Positions 21,344 through 30,088 of a stretch of DNA of 64,000 nucleotides are shown here, one piece after another. The notes beneath the pieces were generated by a model that saw only the letters and a list, made by a program, of their open reading frames with translations, had not been told where the DNA came from and did not search any database. The position numbers and the translations under genes are program-made. Positions within the stretch are counted from its first letter, which is position 1; each line of letters begins with the position of its first letter. This DNA is from an uncultured Pseudomonadota bacterium. GTDB lineage: Bacteria; Pseudomonadota; Gammaproteobacteria; Burkholderiales; Casimicrobiaceae. Location: contig CAVRAF010000006.1 in NCBI GenBank assembly GCA_963718905.1, forward strand, positions 185,248 to 249,247, read 5' to 3'.

Positions 21344-21454
21344 AAACCGAGGGAAGCTGCCGTATCACACGGCGGCAGCTGGGCATTGGGCGGCGCCTGC
21401 GTGGCGCGAAGCCTACTTTGATCGTGGGTTACCATCGCCAACGGCGACCACGAG

Positions 21455-21526
21455 GCGGAGCTCGCACCGATCGATGTGCCCGATTTGAAAGATGAGGCGA
21501 TGCGCGATCTGGTGCGTACCCGCGAT
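21455..21526 (+). mobile_element. IS110-family transposase remnant
   Basis: AELAPIDVPDLKDEAMRDLVRTRD resembles the GEL..V.VP....EA.RDL.R.R segment of IS110 transposases. Confidence 0.6.
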
Positions 21527-21591
21527 CTCAGACATTGCCCTTCAGATCGGCGGCGTTGGAGTGTCAACCCGCCGACAAACGCTGGACTCGC

Positions 21592-22653
21592 TTACTTCGC
21601 CGGAAGCCGCACGGTCGCAAGATCGGTCCCGACAATCGTAATCCCCGTGAACCCACCCGCCTCGACCGCTTTGCGGTAATCCGCTTCCGTCAATGGACCG
21701 CCCGGAACGTTCCAACGGTTGTGTCGCACCGCTCCGAGCGACGGGGCAAGATGTGTGAGCATGAGGTACTTCGCTCCCACCCGCTTTGCCATAGCGCCAA
21801 GATCGGTAGTCGTGCTCTGGCGATAATAGACGAGCGGGGGGAATCCGCTGTCCCGGTCCGGCCCAAGGACGGGGTGCGTCGTTGAGTGCACGATGATGTC
21901 AACCCCCTTGGCCAACTTCTCCACCTGATCGGATGTCGAGGAAGTGCGTGGCGGCACGAGGACATCGTTGCTAGCGTCGCCCCCGATCACCACACTTCCG
22001 GCAGGTGTGTCCACGCGATAGGACGCATGGCCCGCGGTATGGGTAGACCGGATCGCGCTCACTTTCACGTCACCGAACGACCAGACCGCCTGCGGCTCGT
22101 CCTTCGGCTCGAACGTGATCACATTGGTCAGATCGGCTGGTCCGCCCGCAAGACGCGCTTCGTCCTCAGAGCGCCGCTCGGCGATTTCGCCGGATTGGAT
22201 GAATGCATCGCCAATATGCATTGCATATTTTCGGCAGCTGTTGGTAAACCCCAGAGGCGATACTGCGTCTGAACTGCAGACTACGTCGACCTTTGGCCCC
22301 TTGAAGTACCAACGCAACAGCATGATGTCGGCAAAGCCCTCCGTGTGATCTGAATGCATGTGCGTAAAGAAGACGGCATTGAGCTGTACAGGGGATACGC
22401 CGATCTGGGAGAGCCGCATGTTTGTGCCACGTCCGGCGTCGAACTGCAGCTTCACGGCCCCGCAATCGTTGCTATCGTCGCCGTAACGCACTAGCGTTCC
22501 TGCACCAGCCAGACCGTTGAACACTGACGGACCGGCCTGAGTGCCTGTTAACGTGACCATGAGGCATGGAGCGGCTTCCGCCATCGGTACAGCGACTGCG
22601 AGACACATGCCGCCGACGAACGCTATCGCGATAGAGAAACGCTTCATATTCAC
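21592..22653 (-). CDS. Secreted MBL-fold metallo-hydrolase (RNase Z/AtsA-like)
   Basis: LTGT, FDAGRG, THMHSDH, STH, LMLTHL; signal peptide. Confidence 0.88.
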   Translation of the reverse strand: MNMKRFSIAIAFVGGMCLAVAVPMAEAAPCLMVTLTGTQAGPSVFNGLAGAGTLVRYGDDSNDCGAVKLQFDAGRGTNMRLSQIGVSPVQLNAVFFTHMHSDHTEGFADIMLLRWYFKGPKVDVVCSSDAVSPLGFTNSCRKYAMHIGDAFIQSGEIAERRSEDEARLAGGPADLTNVITFEPKDEPQAVWSFGDVKVSAIRSTHTAGHASYRVDTPAGSVVIGGDASNDVLVPPRTSSTSDQVEKLAKGVDIIVHSTTHPVLGPDRDSGFPPLVYYRQSTTTDLGAMAKRVGAKYLMLTHLAPSLGAVRHNRWNVPGGPLTEADYRKAVEAGGFTGITIVGTDLATVRLPAK

Positions 22654-22814
22654 CGCCTATGATCGGCACGGTCTCGCGCACATTTTTGCGCGTCGCTACC
22701 GCCTGGTTCGGCAAGAGCCCCCGGAAAGATCTCGCAGGAGCGATAGACCCGAAGTTGCGGACTCGCGTCAGGGCAGCGACAGCGACCCAACCCCGCCCTT
22801 TTGAGCGACTCGGA

Positions 22815-22847
22815 GCCAGATCCCCGGGGCTCTGTCGGGGATCTGGC
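22815..22847. terminator. 12-bp perfect hairpin downstream of the S53 peptidase gene
   Basis: GCCAGATCCCCG-9 nt-CGGGGATCTGGC; no clear U-tract. Confidence 0.45.
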
Positions 22848-22919
22848 CTTCCTATCATTCAGCTGCGTGGCGCCCCTTCATGCCGGGCGGGAAATTGCCG
22901 CTGCGACTTTTGGTTACGA

Positions 22920-25202
22920 CTAAGGATTAACTCTGAGACTGATCGTCGTAGTGTGGCTCAAGGAGCCTGAAACACCACTGATGGTTACGCTCGTGGTTCC
23001 GGTCGTCGCCTTTTTACTAGCCGTGAGCGTCAAGGTGCTTGTGCCGGTCGCGGGGTTCGGGCTGAAGGATGCCGAGACGCCACTACCGAAGCCACTGGCC
23101 GACAGCTTCACGCTGCCGGTGAAGCCGTTGGACGGAGCGACCGTGATCTTCGTCGTGCCGTGGGACGAGCGATTGATCGTCAAGCTGCTCGGTGACGCCG
23201 ACAGAGCGAAGTCGGCGGACGCGGTGACCGTCAGAGTGATCTTGGCGGTTTGCGTAACGCCTCCGCCCTTGCCCGTGACGGTGATCGTATAACTGCCGGG
23301 CGCCGTCGTCGAGGCCACGTTCATGGTCATGGTCGAGCTGCCGGAACCGGGTGCGGCGATGGAACTCGGGTTGAAACTTACCGTCACGCCTGACGGTAGG
23401 CCAGATGCAGACAAGCTGACGGCCGAGTTGAAGCTCCCGGAGACGGCGGTTGTGATCGTCGATGTCCCTTTGCCGCCCCCGACCACGGAGACCACGGTTG
23501 GCGAGGCGGACATGGTGAAGCCAGGCGTCGGCGACACCGTAGCCAGTGCATTGATCAGGCCAATCCCGTTCGGACTGCCCCAGCCGGTCGCCAGATCGTA
23601 GCCGGTTGTCGACGAATAGCCGTTGCTGCCGCTGATGATGTCGTGGAACGCAGCGCCATAGCCTGTGCCGGAGCCAAGCGCATAGATGGCGGGGTTGATG
23701 AAGCCGAAGCCGGGCGTCGATGGGCCGTTGACAATCGCCGCCTGCTCATTTAACAGCGCCATATAGCCTGCCCACATCGGTGCGGCGAAGCTCGTTCCGC
23801 CATATTCGTTCGCAGTGCAGGCGGTCTGGTTGGCACAAACGTAAAAAGTGAAATTCGCGTTGGCCGAAACGTCCGGGGCGTTGCGATAAGTCTTGGAACA
23901 GGCGGAGCAGCCGCTGGCCGCGGCCGTCTGCCAGGAGGGGATCGCATATCTGTCCGGCGAAATGCCGCCGCCACCGTCGACCCAGACGGTTTCCGATCCC
24001 CAGCCCCCACCCGCAGCACTGGTCGTCAAGTCGGTGCCGCCGACCGACGTTACATAGACGCTGTCCGCGGGGTAAACCCGGGAACGCGTCTTCCACGCGC
24101 CGCTGTCGCCGGCAGCTTGAAAGAAACTCTGACCTTGCGCCGCGAACTCCTGGAAATACGGGTTGTCGGTGCTGGGGTCCGCCGGGGACCACGACCACGA
24201 CGAACTCAATTGATTGTCGAGCGGATTGGCGGTCGCCATGGCATTCAAGATGGCGGCATCGGATGATCCCACGTACACCACGAGCTTGAACAATCCCGGG
24301 GCCATGCCGAGCCCCTGGGTTATGTCCAGGGTCTGCTCGGTGTCATCGCATGAGGGATAGACGCAGCTCGTACTGGTCCCGTCCGTGGAAAGCAGAATGA
24401 TCGGGACGTTATTCGTCTGGCCGGCGTTGTTGAAGTAGGTGGTCAGGTCGCTCAAGTTGGTGCCGTAAAACTCCAGCAATCCGAGCGACTGACCGCTGCC
24501 GGCTAGGGCGGATTCACCGTAATATGCCGCCCTCATGTCGCTGCCGAGAAACGAGCCCGAAGGGCCGGAGCCGGTGGTGGCGCTCGAGCTCACGCCCGGA
24601 TTTCGATGCGCCCAGGCGGGTTGCGGAATCGAATAGTTGTCCAGGCCGGCGATGCGCCACAGCTGAACCGAAAGGTTCGGCGTAGGCTCCCGGTCCGGAC
24701 CGAAGAAGTTGCGGTTTTCCGTGGGGTGCTTATAGACGCCCATCTTCAGATGGAAGGCGCTCTCGATGCTCTCCACCGTCCCCGTGACATCCACGTTCAT
24801 GCGATTGCGAGAGGTGCCGACCACGCTCAAGCCATTCGCCTGCGCGAACTGAATCACCGCGTCGTAGTCTTCCTGGCGGGGACCGAACCGCGTGGTGAAC
24901 TCGTCCACCGTAAGGAACTGATGAAACGACGCGCTGGACGGATCGTAGAGGCTCTGCAGGAAATCATCCAACTGCGCCTGTTTGGAAAGCGGTAGCACCA
25001 GGACCAGGCGCATGGATTTTGTTGCGGAAAGCCTCTCCACGAACTGCGCCTGCCCGTTGCGGACGCCCTCAGATAGATGACGCGTCAATACCGACTGCGC
25101 CTGCGCCTGGCCTTCGCCCACGACAAGCGATACGGCTAAACAAAGCAACGCGTACATTCCGCGTAGAGCTTGCGCTCCACGCGTTTTCTCCGACGGTTTC
25201 AT
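22920..25202 (-). CDS. S53 (sedolisin/kumamolisin) peptidase with prodomain and Ser/Thr-rich C-terminal beta-sandwich repeats
   Basis: EQTLD, AAGDSG, PDVSA, GGTSFAAP, YDLATGWGSP. Confidence 0.93.
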   Translation of the reverse strand: MKPSEKTRGAQALRGMYALLCLAVSLVVGEGQAQAQSVLTRHLSEGVRNGQAQFVERLSATKSMRLVLVLPLSKQAQLDDFLQSLYDPSSASFHQFLTVDEFTTRFGPRQEDYDAVIQFAQANGLSVVGTSRNRMNVDVTGTVESIESAFHLKMGVYKHPTENRNFFGPDREPTPNLSVQLWRIAGLDNYSIPQPAWAHRNPGVSSSATTGSGPSGSFLGSDMRAAYYGESALAGSGQSLGLLEFYGTNLSDLTTYFNNAGQTNNVPIILLSTDGTSTSCVYPSCDDTEQTLDITQGLGMAPGLFKLVVYVGSSDAAILNAMATANPLDNQLSSSWSWSPADPSTDNPYFQEFAAQGQSFFQAAGDSGAWKTRSRVYPADSVYVTSVGGTDLTTSAAGGGWGSETVWVDGGGGISPDRYAIPSWQTAAASGCSACSKTYRNAPDVSANANFTFYVCANQTACTANEYGGTSFAAPMWAGYMALLNEQAAIVNGPSTPGFGFINPAIYALGSGTGYGAAFHDIISGSNGYSSTTGYDLATGWGSPNGIGLINALATVSPTPGFTMSASPTVVSVVGGGKGTSTITTAVSGSFNSAVSLSASGLPSGVTVSFNPSSIAAPGSGSSTMTMNVASTTAPGSYTITVTGKGGGVTQTAKITLTVTASADFALSASPSSLTINRSSHGTTKITVAPSNGFTGSVKLSASGFGSGVSASFSPNPATGTSTLTLTASKKATTGTTSVTISGVSGSLSHTTTISLRVNP

Positions 25203-25899
25203 AGGTTGGATCCTTTGGCGCGCGCGAGGGCGGAAACTCTAGTCAGTTACGGCAACGGGGTTGCCGCGCTACTCAATCTTACGGGAAAGTCTTACGGGAA
25301 AGCCAAAAATAGAAAGCCGCCTCAAGCGCCGTGTGCGCTGGTGTGCACGGGGTTGCAGATGGGCAGCGGCGCGCGCGAGATAAACCAATTGTTGTGCACA
25401 AGCGAGCGTCGACCGACTGGGGGGACCAATCAAGCGCAGGTCTAACGCGCGTCGAAACCTGTCGGCTACGATCATTGACACGGGATCGTTCCGATCACAC
25501 GACGTGACCAGATTCATGTCGTCGTCATTGATTGGGCGAAACACAGGCGGCGCTCCTTCCAGGGAGACGGTAGCTCTTTGCCATATCCCGCTGTAGATTA
25601 CGGGTGCGCTCGCCGCCACACCTACGCGCATCGCGACGGCGAGTTTTCCCAAGTGAGCGACAGGCATTTCGAGCGGCAACTCGAGCGACCGTAACTGCTG
25701 AGTCGCTTGCACCAACTCAGCAGCTCCACGCCGACGCCCATTCTCACTGTCCGCTGCTGGCCGGTCTGCGACCGTCGTATCCGACAGCCGCGACCAGCAA
25801 CGATGGTCATGCCCGCATGCCGCCAAGGGGTTGATGCGGCCAGTTAGCCAAGAACGCATAGTCGGATCAAACTAAAGTCGAAATCCATCGGAGGTCAAA

Positions 25900-26121
25900 A
25901 TGAGTCACGCGTCAATGCTGAAAGCCAGACGGCAACACCAAAAAACAAAAAAACTTCTCGATGTCGCAGCCAAGCAGGCCAAACGGCTGGCGAAGCAGGC
26001 ATTGGCGGGTCCGGCCGTGAAGAAGGAAAAGGTGAAAAAGGTCAAGCTGACCAAGAAGGAGCTTGGTAGTCAAGACGCGAAGAAGAGCGGTGCGGGCGCC
26101 GGGCAAAAGGGCGCGTCCTAG
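25900..26121 (+). CDS. Small Lys/Ala-rich basic protein
   Basis: 73 aa ORF with RBS GGAGG. Confidence 0.6.
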   Translation: MSHASMLKARRQHQKTKKLLDVAAKQAKRLAKQALAGPAVKKEKVKKVKLTKKELGSQDAKKSGAGAGQKGAS

Positions 26122-26254
26122 CCTTCTCGACCCGTAACCGCGGTGACTTATTGCGTTGAATCGCGCCGCCTCTACTTGTCCGAAGCGGCGGACAATTCGT
26201 TGTCGCGTATGCGTATCACTTGGTGAGGCTTGTCGAATCAGGATCACGCGCGTC

Positions 26255-26318
26255 CGTCGCCTCTTGGCCGCGAGCAGCCCGATCATCGAGGGTCGCAGTT
26301 CGACCCAAAGCGGACATT
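26255..26318 (+). repeat. Junction element copy (L + R)
   Basis: CGCCTCTTGGCCG (13 bp identical to 17729-17741) ...30 nt... CGACCCAAAGCGGACATT. Confidence 0.7.
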
Positions 26319-26428
26319 ACCAATACCCGCTCCGCGTTGCAGTTCAAATGTGAAATCAAGGACTGTAATGCAACAGTTCCGTGCCAAGCGGTGGGGACGC
26401 TTACGCTGGAATAAGCGATGTCCGGCGA

Positions 26429-27376
26429 CTACTTGGGCGGTCGCGCCGCCCGCCGATTCACGGGCACACCTCTTCGGTGCCTCGTCACGGGCTTCGTGGT
26501 GTCGGCTGCCTCAAACAATTGCCGAAGCCCGTGTTCCAACAGTTCGATGGCCTTCCCCAAGGCGCCGAGTTGTCCAACCCGGACTATCGCGACGGATCGG
26601 TGCAGGTCAAACGATGGGGGACGCAATATTTTCACGCGATCGATGGAACGATTCCTGGCAATAAAGCGAGCGGGTAGCAGCCCGACACCATAACCGGCCT
26701 GAACGAACGCCAGCTGCATTTGGATGTTGTTGACTTCAGCCGCAATCATGGGGGTGAAGCCGGCACGCTCCATCCGATCGATGAGGCTCGCCCGAAGAAA
26801 GCACCCGGGCGGATTGAGCACCCAGGGTGCCCGGCCCAGACTTTTCCAATCACCGTCAACGTTGCCTGCGGCGCCTTGAACGATCTCCATGCGGTCGCTG
26901 GCGATGATATTCGTCAGGAGCGGTGGAGGCGCGGTTTTACCTTCGGGCAAAGGCACGGCAGCAACGTCGAGTTCACCCGCGAGCAGCCGCTGAATTAATT
27001 GTTCGCTCGACAGCTGCACTCGGATCTTGGGGTATTTCTCAGTCAGCGCCCGAATAGGTTCGATAAGCGCCCCCTCGGCCAGGGCATACGAGATCCCGAT
27101 GCGCAAGAGGCCGTGAGGTTCAGCGTCGCTCGACGTAAGAGATTTCAGCGCCTCCGTCCGCTGCAGCAGATCTCGCGCCTGTTCGAGCACCCTGGAGCCC
27201 AGCGAGTTCAGACGCGGCGGCTTTACCGAGCGGTCGAGCAACTCGGCACCCAATGCAGCCTCCAGCCTTTGCACTTGCCGGGTAATCGCAGAGGGCGTCC
27301 GGAATAGACGACCGGCTGCACCGGCGATGGACCCGGCATCGGCGAATTCCACGAGGGCGCGCAAATCTTCGAGCAA
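26429..27376 (-). CDS. LysR family transcriptional regulator
   Basis: GSIAGAAGRLFRTPSAITRQVQRLEAALG helix-turn-helix. Confidence 0.92.
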   Translation of the reverse strand: MLEDLRALVEFADAGSIAGAAGRLFRTPSAITRQVQRLEAALGAELLDRSVKPPRLNSLGSRVLEQARDLLQRTEALKSLTSSDAEPHGLLRIGISYALAEGALIEPIRALTEKYPKIRVQLSSEQLIQRLLAGELDVAAVPLPEGKTAPPPLLTNIIASDRMEIVQGAAGNVDGDWKSLGRAPWVLNPPGCFLRASLIDRMERAGFTPMIAAEVNNIQMQLAFVQAGYGVGLLPARFIARNRSIDRVKILRPPSFDLHRSVAIVRVGQLGALGKAIELLEHGLRQLFEAADTTKPVTRHRRGVPVNRRAARPPK

Positions 27377-27513
27377 GGGGGTCTCCTAAAGCGTTCTCTC
27401 GATGAATTATAGAATCGTGCGGCCCGGGCATTATAATCGTGATAATAATGAATTTGTAGAATTGATTGTCTTGCATCAGAATTTCAGGCAATTCATGTTT
27501 TGCGGAAATCTGT

Positions 27514-27678
27514 ATGCCTCGTGCGATCCAAATTCGGCGGACCGCAATTGCCTCGCCCGAACTTACGCCGCCGGTCGGCCCGTTTTCCCAGGCGATCGAA
27601 GTCGGCGGTTTCATCTATTTCAGCGGTCAGGTCGGTCAAGACCCGACGACGATTCGCAGTTTTCTACGGACCCCATGA
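27514..27678 (+). pseudogene. RidA/YjgF family 5' fragment
   Basis: PPVGPFSQAIEVGGFIYFSGQVGQDP then abrupt loss of similarity. Confidence 0.8.
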
Positions 27679-27749
27679 TTCAACCTCCATCAGTTCGGGG
27701 CCGCGTGCCGTTAGCCGAGTAGAGATCTATCACAACACGGTAAGAGAAA

Positions 27750-28193
27750 ATGACTAAGATTATTTTATCCATGTATGTTGCAGTTTCCGTACTTTCGTTC
27801 AATGCGCGCGCCCAAAGCACCCAGGACGAGCGCCAGTATGCGGAGGGCCCGGTCACTCTCGTGCAAGAAATAGCAGTTGAGTACGGGCACTTTGAAGACT
27901 ACATCGATTGGCTAAATTCGACATGGAAGCCGACCATGGAAGCCACGAAGAAAGCAGGGATAATTATCGATTACAAGGTCTTCAGTTCCACTCCACCATC
28001 ACCGGATCACCCCGATGTAATTCTGTGGATTACTTATAAAAACATGGCGGCGTTAGATAGAGGCGTCGAAGAAGAAGCAGTGGCCAAGAAAGTGATCTGT
28101 AGCACCGAGTGTCAGAACAAGGCCAGGGTTGGCCGGAATGAATACAGAAAAGTTACGCGTAGAGAATATATTCGTGAACTGATTTTGAAATGA
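27750..28193 (+). CDS. Secreted hypothetical protein (lower GC)
   Basis: Signal peptide; KKAGIIIDYKV, ITYKNMAALD. Confidence 0.8.
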   Translation: MTKIILSMYVAVSVLSFNARAQSTQDERQYAEGPVTLVQEIAVEYGHFEDYIDWLNSTWKPTMEATKKAGIIIDYKVFSSTPPSPDHPDVILWITYKNMAALDRGVEEEAVAKKVICSTECQNKARVGRNEYRKVTRREYIRELILK

Positions 28194-28932
28194 TGACGAT
28201 GAAGCTCTATTCCTGGGATATCAGTCCCTACTCGGCGCGAGTGCGGATGCAGATCTACGCCAAGGGTCTCACCGATATCGCCATCGAGCAGCCGCCGATT
28301 TACGGCACGCAGAAGTTCTACGAAGACCATCCGATCGGCCGCATCCCGTTGCTGGAGATCGACGGCGACGCGATACCGGAGTCGGCGGTGATCGCGGAGT
28401 ATCTCGAGGAGATCTATCCCGAGCCTTCGCTGCTGGGCGCGACGCCGCGCGAGAACGCCCACATCCGCACCCTGGCGCGCATCGGCGACATCTACCTGAT
28501 GAACAACACGTTCATGCTCGCGGGTCAGACCCGCGTCCTCGCCGCCCAGACCCCCGTCACCACCGGCAACGAAGGCATCGTCGCGCTGCTGGGCGGCCAG
28601 CTGGCGAGCAGCATCAAGGCGCTGGACCGGATGATCGGCCGCGACGGCTTCGCCTGCCTGGGCCGCCTCACCCTGGCCGATTGCGCGCTCGTGCCGGCGC
28701 TCTTCTATGTGGAGATACGTGCTGCCGAGCAGGGGGCTCGCCGACCCGATCGCCGCGAACGCCAACGTGGCCGCCTACTGGGCCGCGATCCAGGACAGAC
28801 GAGCACGCGGCGCGCATCCTGGCCGAGCTGCACCGGGGGCTGGAGGAACGCCGCGAACTGATCCGCTCCGGCGCGATCGAGAAGATAAGGGCGGCAAACC
28901 AGGCGGCAAGGGAAGCAGCGGAGCAGACCTAG
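28190..28932 (+). CDS. Glutathione S-transferase (frameshifts near 28715 and 28795)
   Basis: SPYSARVR, PIGRIPLL, ESAVIAEYLEE, LTLADC. Confidence 0.88.
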
Positions 28933-28999
28933 CCACGGTCATCGAGAGATGCGTCCGCGGCCTAGCTGTCGCGCTGGCGCTCAGTTAATCCAGCGTCAA

Positions 29000-29027
29000 A
29001 TGTCCGCTTCTGGCCGATCGGAGACAT
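29000..29027 (+). repeat. Junction element L motif, itself a small hairpin
   Basis: ATGTCCGCTTCTGGCCGATCGGAGACAT. Confidence 0.65.
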
Positions 29028-29149
29028 AAGCGCGCGACCGAACCAAGCCGAATTTCGCCGCACGAATCGAAGGAGCGCGCCGATCGAACTCAGAGCTAAA
29101 CGTGAAGCACTTGGTCCAAAGTACATGGTACCGGGAACAGCGAGCGTTC

Positions 29150-29673
29150 ACCGTACTTCGCAGGTGGTCGACCTTGCCGCCGATGAACCAGCGCACCGCC
29201 ATGTGGAGTTTGAGGTCCACGACGTGAAGCTTCGCACCGTCGAAGAACGGCTGGCCAAGGATATTTCTTTCCGCCGATTTGCCCCACGCGGGTAGGAAGT
29301 CCGCCACCAACGCCTCGCGTGCCGCCCTCTTCTCGGCGTCGCCCATGCGGATGGTCGGGGTGACGGCGGCGCGGAGGTCCTCCACGTGCTGCATCATTCC
29401 TTCATGTTGTGCCGCCCGGAACTCGTCGGCAGGATGGAAACCGTTCTGGCGGCCGATGAACACGAGGATGGCGTTGGAGTGCGCCAACGGTGGCTTTCCC
29501 GGTAGCTCGAGGACTGGCAAGCCGCCATATGGCGTCTGCGCTTTCATCGTCTGCCAGGTGGCAGCGTTGATGCGCTCGTCTTCGAAGTCGATGCCGGCAA
29601 GGTGCAGGGCAAGGCGGCACTCCTCGCCGCGGCTTACGGGCGCGTCGAAGTACGTCAGCTTGGGTCTGTTCAT
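29150..29673 (-). pseudogene. Sigma/mu-like glutathione S-transferase, C-terminus lost after GGKVDH
   Basis: KLTYFD, RGEECRLAL, TPYGGLPVL, SNAIL; ORF then runs into repeat-derived sequence. Confidence 0.7.
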
Positions 29674-29840
29674 AGAGGTAGCCTACCACCACGCCGCGAA
29701 TCGCATCACGGCTCTGGCCGATGCTCTATCCCTACGCCGCAGACAACTCAGCCAATTCGAAGTACCTGGTCCAACGCGCTTGGCACCGGTACGAGGTGCG
29801 TGGTACTTGGCACTTGGCACGAGAACGCCGGAAGCTTCCG

Positions 29841-29996
29841 CTATCGCAGATGGAATGCGTTCGCGCCGAAGAGACCGAGCAGTCCGATGATGATGAGGTA
29901 GATGGCGACGATATAGTTCAGCATGCGTGGCACGATCAAGATTAGAATGCCGGCGAGAAGCGATACCAGCGGACCAGCGCTCAGGTTGATATTCAT
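29841..29996 (-). CDS. DUF3096 small membrane protein
   Basis: SLLAGILILIVPRMLNYIVAIYLIIIG. Confidence 0.9.
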   Translation of the reverse strand: MNINLSAGPLVSLLAGILILIVPRMLNYIVAIYLIIIGLLGLFGANAFHLR

Positions 29997-30088
29997 TTCG
30001 TTCTCCGTGATAGTTTCCAAGCGGTTGTAAGCTAACTTAGCGCTCGCTGTCTGGCAACTGGTGCGCTGTTCGGCTAGTCGTTGCCGGA

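Noticed and set aside
9097-22653. Threonine aldolase and MBL hydrolase as guanitoxin (GntG/GntH-like) pathway genes
   Set aside because: Both are broad families, 11 kb apart, with no other pathway genes.
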